Shown in pieces: positions 55,810 to 63,083 of a stretch of 64,000 nt of DNA. The DNA comes from an uncultured Acidimicrobiaceae bacterium (GTDB lineage Bacteria > Actinomycetota > Acidimicrobiia > Acidimicrobiales > RAAP-2). The stretch lies in contig CAWIKB010000008.1 of assembly GCA_963836605.1 (NCBI GenBank), positions 135,233 to 199,232 of the forward strand, in the 5' to 3' direction. A program made the translations under genes and the position numbers. Every line of letters starts with the position of its first letter. Position 1 is the stretch's first letter. Below the pieces are notes generated by a model, which saw only the letters and a program-made list of their open reading frames with translations, made no database searches and was not told the DNA's origin.

Positions 55810-56018
55810 GCGCCGTCCGGGTCTCCATAGATCCCGTGGCGTGCGATGCCTACGGCTTCTGCGCGGAGCTCCTGCCCGAGGCCATAACTCTGGACGAGTG
55901 GGGCTACCCGATAGTCGACGGGCGGAGCCTCGCACCCGACCTGGTGGCGGCGGCCAGGCGGGCGGCTCGCGACTGCCCGCGCCGCGCCATCTCACTGCGG
56001 GAGTCGAAGCACCGCTGA
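55806..56018 (+). CDS. small ferredoxin (single [3Fe-4S]/[4Fe-4S] type)
   Basis: VRVSIDPVACDAYGFCAELLPEAITLDEWGYPIV...ARDCPRRAISL has the Cys-x5-Cys ... Cys-Pro pattern of actinobacterial Fdx-type ferredoxins. GTGA overlap with the NuoF-like gene. Confidence 0.75.
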   Translation: MSAVRVSIDPVACDAYGFCAELLPEAITLDEWGYPIVDGRSLAPDLVAAARRAARDCPRRAISLRESKHR

Positions 56019-56066
56019 ACCGTTGGGTCACCATGTGTAAGAAGAAAGAAACCAGGTGGAACGGGG

Positions 56067-56100
56067 TGGACATTCGTGTGTAATCATGTAATCTAGTAAT
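56067..56100 (+). promoter_or_regulatory. candidate sigma-70-type promoter for a leaderless mRNA, inside an AT-rich patch with three GTAAT repeats
   Basis: -35 TGGACA (56067-56072), a 16-nt spacer, -10 TAATCT (56089-56094), then the ATG at 56101 six nt downstream. GTAAT occurs at 56080, 56088 and 56096 (8-nt period). Confidence 0.35.
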
Positions 56101-56712
56101 ATGACTACAGGATCTACAGGTTCAACCGGAACACACAGGGGCGGAAGAAGGGGCGGTCGCCGGGCCGGAGGGCCCCCGCCGTCTGGTCCTGAGCAGGAAC
56201 GCCTGATTGCGGCCTGGTTCGCCGGCCGCATCCCCGAAGGGTGGTTCGAGGGGCCGGTTGCGGTCGACATCGACCCCGACGAGATCCAGGTCGTGGGCAC
56301 GTTGTCCGCACCGGAGCTCGCCGAGGGGTCCGGCGAGGAGGAGGTTCGGGTGGCCGAGCTGGCTCGTATCACCGGTCACCGCGAGGACACACGCGAGGCG
56401 CGCATGCGGATAGCCGACGAGGCGCAGCCGTCCTTCCAACGCACCGTCTCGTGGGGGGCAACGTGTGGGGGCTCCCGCGTCCTGTTCACCACGGCCGGCG
56501 TCCCCGTCATGACCCGCCTTCGTCTGGCTGATCGACGTGTGCTCGACACCTTGATCGACGCTGGAGTGGCGCGCAGCCGGAGCGAGGCGTTGGCCTGGTG
56601 TGTCCGCCTCGTTGCGCAGCACGAAGCCGACTGGATCCAAGAGTTGCGCGAGGCCATGACCTCGGTCGAGGAGGTTCGGTCCCGCGGGCCTCGAGGAACC
56701 GCCTCGGACTGA
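56101..56712 (+). CDS. hypothetical protein with C-terminal ribbon-helix-helix-like segment
   Basis: 203 aa. The N-terminus MTTGSTGSTGTH uses unusual low-GC3 codons and is followed by an Arg/Gly-rich stretch. The C-terminal VMTRLRLADRRVLDTLIDAGVARSRSEALAWCVRLV resembles a CopG/RHH fold. Confidence 0.6.
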   Translation: MTTGSTGSTGTHRGGRRGGRRAGGPPPSGPEQERLIAAWFAGRIPEGWFEGPVAVDIDPDEIQVVGTLSAPELAEGSGEEEVRVAELARITGHREDTREARMRIADEAQPSFQRTVSWGATCGGSRVLFTTAGVPVMTRLRLADRRVLDTLIDAGVARSRSEALAWCVRLVAQHEADWIQELREAMTSVEEVRSRGPRGTASD

Positions 56713-56767
56713 ACGGCCGCGTGGGCGGCGCCGTCGCCGTCGCCGTCGCCAGGGCCAGGGCCAGGGG

Positions 56768-57139
56768 GTGACCACCTACCATGGGAGCATGGACCATTTT
56801 CACCAGGTAACCAGCGACCTGCGGGCACCGTACCGTGAGCTCACCGAGGCCATCCCCGATGTCATGTCTGGCTACCGCGCCCTCCAGATGGCGGCCATGT
56901 CCGACGGTGCCCTACCTACCCGTATGAAGGAGCTCATCGCCCTGGCTATCTCCATCACCCGGGAATGTGATGGCTGTATCGCGGCCCACGCTCGTGGTGC
57001 CGCGCGGCACGGGGCGACGGTGAGCGAGGTCACCGAGATGATCGGCGTTGCCATCTCCATGAACGGTGGGCCCGGCACCGTGTGGGGGCCACGGGCGCTC
57101 GCTGCCTTTCACGAATTCGCCGACCCCAACGAGGCCTGA
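56768..57139 (+). CDS. carboxymuconolactone decarboxylase / alkylhydroperoxidase AhpD-family core domain protein
   Basis: KELIALAISITRECDGCIAAHARGAARHGAT..EVTEMIGVAISMNGGP has the CxxC AhpD-core motif. The start is GTG 56768 or ATG 56789. Confidence 0.8.
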   Translation: MTTYHGSMDHFHQVTSDLRAPYRELTEAIPDVMSGYRALQMAAMSDGALPTRMKELIALAISITRECDGCIAAHARGAARHGATVSEVTEMIGVAISMNGGPGTVWGPRALAAFHEFADPNEA

Positions 57140-58041
57140 GCGGCCGTCGTCTCGGCGTCGGGCGGCGGGTCGACGAGGTGCCGGGGCCAGAGGCGCCGAG
57201 CCAGCACGACGTTGGTCTCACTGGCGTAGACGAAGAGCTGCGACCCGAGGGACAGCCACAAGATCAACCCCAGCACAATGGCAAAGAAGCCGTAGAGCTG
57301 GGATGTGTGCCGCAGGATATGGCTGATCAACAGTCCCCCCACCGCCTGGAGGGCCGTCCATCCGAGACCGCCGATGAAGGTGCCCGGGAGGAGGGCTCGG
57401 AGCCCGGTGCCGGCTGGAGCCAAAATGCGAAAGGCCAGGAGGTAGGCCCCCAGGTTGACCACCCCGGCCCCTACCAGCGTGTAGGCCCAGTAGGCGGCGG
57501 GGTACGCGCTGAGCCTCCCACCTCCGATCGTCGAGATGCCGGCCAGGACGGAGCTGCCCACGACGGCAACGGCAATGGTGCCCAGCAGGAGGAGGCCCCG
57601 TCCGACTCGCCGGGGGAGATCTGCCTCCAGGCGGCGCGCCACGCCCCAGATGGCCTCGTTGGCGCGCTGCATCGTGAGGGCGACACCCAGTGAGCCCCAG
57701 AGCAGGATCGCGGCGCTGAGGATGAAGGCAAGTGGACTGGGCTTGTGCAGAGCCTTGATGCTCGAACCGAGCTCCCTGCCGACCACCGGGAACTGCGAAA
57801 GGGCGGAGTTGATGATCTCGCGCTCGGCATGGCTCTTGGGGCCCACCACCAATCCGACGATGGTGACGAAGAGGATCAGCAGGGGGAAGACGGCCAGGAA
57901 GCCGTAGAACGTGATGAGGGCGGAGAGCGACCCGCCTCTGTCGTCGCCGTGCTTCTTGAGCACTCCCACCGCGACCGCTGAAGGCGTCCAGGCGCGCTGG
58001 AGGCGGTCGAGGCGTTCTATGAAACGCCCCCGGGGGTTCAG
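57109..58041 (-). CDS. YihY/BrkB family membrane protein (N-terminal boundary unusual)
   Basis: GGSLSALITFYGFLAVFPLLILFVTIV... and six TM segments are typical of YihY. The first canonical start (GTG 57969) cuts off the conserved N-terminus. The in-frame upstream sequence RFIERLDRLQRAW... is open back to a CTG at 58041 that overlaps the P450 stop (CTGA). Confidence 0.7.
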   Translation of the reverse strand: MNPRGRFIERLDRLQRAWTPSAVAVGVLKKHGDDRGGSLSALITFYGFLAVFPLLILFVTIVGLVVGPKSHAEREIINSALSQFPVVGRELGSSIKALHKPSPLAFILSAAILLWGSLGVALTMQRANEAIWGVARRLEADLPRRVGRGLLLLGTIAVAVVGSSVLAGISTIGGGRLSAYPAAYWAYTLVGAGVVNLGAYLLAFRILAPAGTGLRALLPGTFIGGLGWTALQAVGGLLISHILRHTSQLYGFFAIVLGLILWLSLGSQLFVYASETNVVLARRLWPRHLVDPPPDAETTAAQASLGSANS

Positions 58042-59336
58042 CGTGTGACGGCCACCGGAGTGAACTGGCAGTCGAGGTGCTTGATCCCGTTGATGAAGGG
58101 GGAGCGCAATCGATCGGGCTGGCCGCAGCTGACGATGTCGGGGAGTCGCTCGAAGAGCTGGCGGAACATCACGTCGATCTCCTGGCGGGCCAAGTGGGCT
58201 CCCAGGCAGAAGTGCGGGCCCGCCGCGCCGAAGCCAATGTGGGGGTTCGGGTTGCGACGGACATCGAACGTATAGGGATCTTCGAAGACCTCCTCGTCCC
58301 GATTGGCCGAGTTGTAGAACAGGATGACTTTGTCGCCCAGGTGGAGCTTCTGCTCACCGAGCACCGTGTCCTGGCCCACGGTGCGGCGCATCCAGATGAC
58401 CGGCGTGCCCCACCGCACGATCTCGTCGACGCCCGTGGGGGCGATTCCGGGCGGATCCTCCTGCCAGAGGGCCCGTTGATCGGGATGCTCGGTCAACGCC
58501 AGCAGCCCGTGGCTGATGGCGTTGCGGGTCGTTTCGTTCCCGGCCACCACGAGGAGGATGAAGAACGATGCCACTTCCGAAGGCGTGAGCGACTCGCCGT
58601 CGATATTGGTATTGATCAGCGCCGAGGTGACGTCCTCGGTCGGGCTGTCCCTGCGGAAGCCGGCCAGTTCGGTCATGAGCATGTTCAATTCCTGCGCCGC
58701 CGTCATGAAGGCCAGGAGTGGATCGCCGCCCTCGGGGACGTACTCAGGGTCGCCCGAACTGAGGATGACGTTCGAGGCGTGGAACACGGTGTCGTAGTGG
58801 GCCGCTCCGATCCCCATCATGTCGCAGATGATCTCGAGCGGGAGCCGGGACGCCACGTCGAGCACGAAGTCACATCCCCCGGATTCCGCCACCCGGTCGA
58901 TGACGTCGTTGGCCACGTACTCGATGCGGTCCTCGATGCTCTTGATCATGCGGGGGTTGAACGCGGCCGAGACGATGCGGCGAAGCCGGGCGTGACGCGG
59001 GTTGTCCGTGTTGATCATCGATCCGAAGAACTCCAGCATCTCTTCGGGCATGTCGGGAATGCTGGTCGCGCCCTGGCCCGATTGGAAGATCTCCGGATGC
59101 CGGCTGGCCGTGGCGATGTCGGCGTAGCGGGTCACGGCCCGATAGCCCGGGCCCTTTGGCATGACCATGCTCAGGGCTTCGGGGATCTCGGGCTCCTCGA
59201 AGAAGGGCATCGGGCGCTCCCGGCGCAAGAGCTCGAAGGCACCCTCGCGCTCATCCCAGGGCCGGGCCCAGAATTCGATGTCCGAGAGGTCGATCTGATC
59301 GAGAGTGAGCACTTCTCGTGGCCGCACGGGTCCCAC
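58038..59336 (-). CDS. cytochrome P450 (CYP124/125/142-like lipid/sterol-type hydroxylase)
   Basis: LDQIDLSDIEFWARPWDEREGAFELLRRERP..., I-helix VVAGNETTRNAIS, EIVRW (ExxR), and haem ligand loop FGAAGPHFCLGAHLAR. The start is uncertain among GTG 59336, GTG 59327 and TTG 59345. Confidence 0.88.
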   Translation of the reverse strand: MGPVRPREVLTLDQIDLSDIEFWARPWDEREGAFELLRRERPMPFFEEPEIPEALSMVMPKGPGYRAVTRYADIATASRHPEIFQSGQGATSIPDMPEEMLEFFGSMINTDNPRHARLRRIVSAAFNPRMIKSIEDRIEYVANDVIDRVAESGGCDFVLDVASRLPLEIICDMMGIGAAHYDTVFHASNVILSSGDPEYVPEGGDPLLAFMTAAQELNMLMTELAGFRRDSPTEDVTSALINTNIDGESLTPSEVASFFILLVVAGNETTRNAISHGLLALTEHPDQRALWQEDPPGIAPTGVDEIVRWGTPVIWMRRTVGQDTVLGEQKLHLGDKVILFYNSANRDEEVFEDPYTFDVRRNPNPHIGFGAAGPHFCLGAHLARQEIDVMFRQLFERLPDIVSCGQPDRLRSPFINGIKHLDCQFTPVAVTR

Positions 59337-59363
59337 CCTACCCAAGCTCTCTACACTCAGTTC

Positions 59364-60572
59364 ATGTGCGACACCCTCTGCGGCCGAGGGTGCGACGGGA
59401 TGGTCTTCGCCAAGAACTCCGACCGTCCGATCGGTGAAGTACAGGTGGCCGTGCCCTTTGGTCGCCGTGACACGGCGGGCGGCACGCTGCGGACCCAGTA
59501 CCTCTCCGTCGGCGACACCGGAGCGCACGCGGCCTTCCTCTCGTGCCCCACGTGGCTCTGGGGTGCCGAGCACGGTGTCAACGAGTTCGGCGTGGCCATC
59601 GGCAACGAGAAGGTGCACACGGTGCACCGGGCCGCCGAGGCCCGTCCCGCCTTGATCGGCATGGATTTGGTTCGCCTCGGCCTCGAACGCTCCACCAGCG
59701 CGGAGGAGGCCGTGTGCGTGATGACAGACCTCCTCACCGTCCACGGCCAGGGCGGGATTGCCGATGCGGCCCGCCAGGAGGCCTACGACTCCTCGTTTCT
59801 CATCGCCGATCCCGAGCAGTCATTCGTGCTCGAAACCTCCGGGACCGACTTTGCGGCCGCTCCCTACCCTGCGGGCGCAGCGATCAGCAACCGGATCACG
59901 CTCCGCTCGAATTGGACCCGAGGTTCGTCCGCCTTGGAACCCGGAGATGACTTCGACCGGTACCGGGATCCCTCCGTGCCCACCAGCTTCGCCGACATTC
60001 GGTTGACCGCCAGCCGCGCCTTCCTGGCCGGCCAACCTCGGGCCGGCCTGACGCCGGCAGCCATGGCGGCGCATCTGCGCGACCACGGACGGGGACCGTG
60101 GGGACCCGGCATCCCCGGTCCCCCCACGCCGCCGCCCACCGAACTGGGGTCGGACTTCTCCGGAGCGAGTGTCTGCATGCACGTGCGGGATCTCACCGTG
60201 ACGGCGGCGTCCCTCATCGCGGTGCTCCCCACCGACCTCGACCAGGGGGCTCCGGTGCAGGCCTTCGTGGCCCTGGGCAGCCCCTGCGTCAGCATCTTCG
60301 TTCCTGCCTTCCCACGCACGGCCGCCGGTCCTGTCGCGTTTGTCCCTCCCGAACTCTCGAGCGAGGAGTTGTGGCGAGCCGCGCACGCGCTCCGGCTACG
60401 GGCCGAGTCCGCCCCGGAGGCCATCACCGCCATCCGCCACGTACTCCAACCAGTCGAGGACGAATTGTGGGACGAGGCCGACGGCGTGAGGGAACGACCC
60501 GATCGCTGGGCGGAGGTCGGCCGGTCGTGGGGAGCGCGCGCCCTGCGCGCCATGTCAGCCTGTCGCGCCTGA
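59364..60572 (+). CDS. Ntn-hydrolase, peptidase C69/secernin-like (N-terminal Cys nucleophile)
   Basis: It begins MCDTLCG...MVFAKNSDRP (Cys2 nucleophile after Met removal). It continues ...GVNEFGVAIGNE...LVRLGLERSTSAEEAV..., typical of C69 dipeptidase-like proteins. Confidence 0.75.
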   Translation: MCDTLCGRGCDGMVFAKNSDRPIGEVQVAVPFGRRDTAGGTLRTQYLSVGDTGAHAAFLSCPTWLWGAEHGVNEFGVAIGNEKVHTVHRAAEARPALIGMDLVRLGLERSTSAEEAVCVMTDLLTVHGQGGIADAARQEAYDSSFLIADPEQSFVLETSGTDFAAAPYPAGAAISNRITLRSNWTRGSSALEPGDDFDRYRDPSVPTSFADIRLTASRAFLAGQPRAGLTPAAMAAHLRDHGRGPWGPGIPGPPTPPPTELGSDFSGASVCMHVRDLTVTAASLIAVLPTDLDQGAPVQAFVALGSPCVSIFVPAFPRTAAGPVAFVPPELSSEELWRAAHALRLRAESAPEAITAIRHVLQPVEDELWDEADGVRERPDRWAEVGRSWGARALRAMSACRA

Positions 60573-60652
60573 CATACATCCGCTGAGCTGGTAGGACCCG
60601 GCAGTACACTCCCCGTGGGGGATGCTCCGAACACCTCGCCAAGGAGAGACCG

Positions 60653-61252
60653 ATGCCATATGCCCTGACCGCGGACGAGATCGTCGCGGGCGACGCCATC
60701 AGCGCCACCACGGAGAAGCTCTGGGGTTGGTACCTCACCGGAGGGATCCTCTCGGTGATCTTCGGGTTCTTCGTGATCAGCTACCACCAGGTGAGCGTGT
60801 ACGCGCTGGTCTACTTCGCCAGCGCCTACTTCATTGCCATCGGGGTGTTCCAGCTCGTCGTCTCCTTCCGGCTCATCAAGCACCGATGGCTGTACGCGGT
60901 GCTCGGCGTGTTGTGGATCGCGGCAGGGGTGATCGGCTTCGTATGGCCGCACATCACCATCTACATCCTCGCCATCCTCATCGGATGGTCGTTCCTGGTG
61001 TTCGGGGTGGTCGACCTCGTGCACTCGTTGCAGCGCCGCCAGATGCCGTACTGGTGGATCAACCTGATCCGGGGCATCGCATCGATCGTCATTGCCTTCC
61101 TGGTTCTGCGTCACCCCGGTGGCGCCATCACCGCCCTGGTCATCTTGGTCGGTGCCTGGGCCATGCTCTTCGGCCTCATCGAGATCATCGGCGCCTTCTC
61201 GGCCCGTCACGCCGTCCGCGACTGGCAAGCCCTCAAGGCCCAACAGGGCTAG
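60653..61252 (+). CDS. HdeD/DUF308 family membrane protein
   Basis: Six TM helices in a repeated W..LGVLWIAAGVIGFVWP / GIASIVIAFLVLRHPG pattern, characteristic of DUF308. Confidence 0.75.
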   Translation: MPYALTADEIVAGDAISATTEKLWGWYLTGGILSVIFGFFVISYHQVSVYALVYFASAYFIAIGVFQLVVSFRLIKHRWLYAVLGVLWIAAGVIGFVWPHITIYILAILIGWSFLVFGVVDLVHSLQRRQMPYWWINLIRGIASIVIAFLVLRHPGGAITALVILVGAWAMLFGLIEIIGAFSARHAVRDWQALKAQQG

Positions 61253-61268
61253 GAGCGGAGACGTCACC

Positions 61269-62165
61269 GTGCGGTTGGCCAGTTTCACTTCGGCCGAGGG
61301 CGGGGCACCGGGCCATTCCCGGCCGGGTCTCATCGTCGGCGACGAGATCGTCGACCTGAGTGATCCGGCGGTCGGCCTGCCCGCTTCCATGTCGGAGTTG
61401 TTGGGGCTCGGCCCTGAGGGCCTGGCCCGTGCCCGTCAGGCCCCCGCGGCACGGGCCGTCCGCCACGCCCTGGGTTCGGTGCGCCTGCGCGCGCCGGTGA
61501 CCGCCCCGCCGACGATTCTGGCCATCGGGATGAACTATCGGGCCCATGTGGCCGAAATGGGGAGTGAGCCTCCCCGGTTCCAGTACTGGTTCAACAAGCA
61601 GCGGACGGCCATCGCCGGCCCCGACGATCCGATCGTGTTGCCGACCGTGTCAACCATGGTCGACTACGAGGGCGAGCTGGCCATGGTGATCGGTCGCCGG
61701 TGCCACCACGTTCCGGCGGCGAGGGCGATGGAGGTGGTGGCTGGATTCACGATCATCAACGACGTCAGCGCGCGGGACTGGCAATGGCGTACCCCGACCT
61801 TCACCATGGGCAAGTCTTTCGACTCCCACGCCCCCTGCGGTCCGTGGATGGTCACCCCGGACCAGTTGGGTGACCCCGGAGATCTCGCCCTGCGGACCTG
61901 GGTCAACGACGAATTGCGGCAGGACTCGACCACGGGGGACCTGATTTTCGACTGCGCCAGCATGATCGAGTACCTCACCACCGCCTTCCCGCTCGAGGTG
62001 GGCACCGTCATCGCCACGGGGACACCGGCCGGCGTGGGAGCGGGCCACGATCCGCCGCGCTTCCTGGCTGACGGGGACATCGTCCGCATCGCCATCGAGG
62101 GGGTCGGTGAGTTGTCCAATCCGGTGCTACAGGGCCCGGACCCCGTTCCCGTGGGCCTGGATTGA
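61269..62165 (+). CDS. fumarylacetoacetate hydrolase (FAH) family protein
   Basis: ILAIGMNYRAHVAEMG..., VDYEGELAMVIGRR, INDVSARDWQ, MGKSFDSHAPCGPWMVT, and GTVIATGTPAGVG. Confidence 0.88.
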   Translation: MRLASFTSAEGGAPGHSRPGLIVGDEIVDLSDPAVGLPASMSELLGLGPEGLARARQAPAARAVRHALGSVRLRAPVTAPPTILAIGMNYRAHVAEMGSEPPRFQYWFNKQRTAIAGPDDPIVLPTVSTMVDYEGELAMVIGRRCHHVPAARAMEVVAGFTIINDVSARDWQWRTPTFTMGKSFDSHAPCGPWMVTPDQLGDPGDLALRTWVNDELRQDSTTGDLIFDCASMIEYLTTAFPLEVGTVIATGTPAGVGAGHDPPRFLADGDIVRIAIEGVGELSNPVLQGPDPVPVGLD

Positions 62166-62210
62166 ACCGCTTCGGGTCACGAACGCCGCTGGACGCGGCA
62201 CAATGGTGGG

Positions 62211-62546
62211 GTGAGTGAGACCCAGATCGATCTGAACGACGCCGAGCGGGCCGAACGCCTGACCAAGCTGCACGGGATCATCGATCTCATGCGGCCCGCC
62301 GTCCAGTCAGACGGGGGAGACCTGGTCCTGATCAGGGCCGACGTCGAAAGCGGTGTGGTCGAGGTACAGCTCCAAGGTGCCTGCAGCTCGTGCGCTGTGA
62401 GCTCGGCCACCCTCTCGGGCGGGGTTGAGCGCATACTGCGGGATCGCCTGCCCTGGGTGACCGAGGTGATCGGTGGCCTGGACGATTCACTCAGTGATGA
62501 CGAGAGCTTCGCCCTGGGCAGCGGCGGCTACGTCCCCAGTCTCTGA
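62211..62546 (+). CDS. NifU-like (Nfu-type) Fe-S cluster assembly domain protein
   Basis: IDLMRPAVQSDGGDLVLIRADVESGVVEVQLQGACSSCAVSSATL has the CxxC Nfu/NifU C-terminal domain. GTG start. Confidence 0.8.
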   Translation: MSETQIDLNDAERAERLTKLHGIIDLMRPAVQSDGGDLVLIRADVESGVVEVQLQGACSSCAVSSATLSGGVERILRDRLPWVTEVIGGLDDSLSDDESFALGSGGYVPSL

Positions 62547-62594
62547 GCCCCATCTCTGAGCCCCGGTCTCTAGGCCCCGGGACCGCCCCGCTCA

Positions 62595-62624
62595 TTAGTT
62601 AGCACAACTAACTATACTGGGGGC
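62595..62624 (+). promoter_or_regulatory. inverted repeat TAGTTAG-n5-CTAACTA overlapping a TATACT -10 box; probable MarR operator and promoter of a leaderless marR mRNA
   Basis: Half-sites at 62596-62602 and 62608-62614. TATACT lies at 62613-62618, and the ATG at 62625 is six nt downstream. There is no room for an RBS. Confidence 0.45.
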
Positions 62625-63083
62625 ATGCCCGCGGCCCCCACCTCGACCTCACCCACCGCCACCCTGGTCACCGAGGAGCTGGCCAGCCGGCTCCGGCTCT
62701 CCATCAACCGGCTGCACCGGCGCCTGCGCCAAGAGTCGCTGGCCGGGCTCTCGCCGGCGCAGGCCTCCGCACTGGGCGCCGTCAAGCGGCTCGGCAGTCC
62801 CACGCTCGGGGAGCTGGCCTCCATCGAGCAGGTCCAGCCCCCGACCATGACGCGGATCGTGGCCTCCCTGGCCGATGCGGGCATGGTGACCCGGGTCACC
62901 GATGTCACCGACCGGCGCAGTGCCCGGGTGCGCATCACCCCGGCCGGCAAGCGCAACCTGGAGCGCATTCGCACGCTGAAGAACGCCTTCTTGACCAGGC
63001 GCCTGGCCGACCTGAGCCCCGACGAGCAGGGGAGGGCGGTCGACCTGGTCGCGCTGCTCGAGCACCTCCTGGGGGAGCCGTGA
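62625..63083 (+). CDS. MarR family transcriptional regulator
   Basis: LRLSINRLHRRLRQESLAGLSPAQASALGAVKRLGSPTLGELASIEQVQPPTMTRIVASLADAGMVTRVTDVTDRRSARVRITPAGK is a winged-helix MarR core. Confidence 0.9.
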   Translation: MPAAPTSTSPTATLVTEELASRLRLSINRLHRRLRQESLAGLSPAQASALGAVKRLGSPTLGELASIEQVQPPTMTRIVASLADAGMVTRVTDVTDRRSARVRITPAGKRNLERIRTLKNAFLTRRLADLSPDEQGRAVDLVALLEHLLGEP

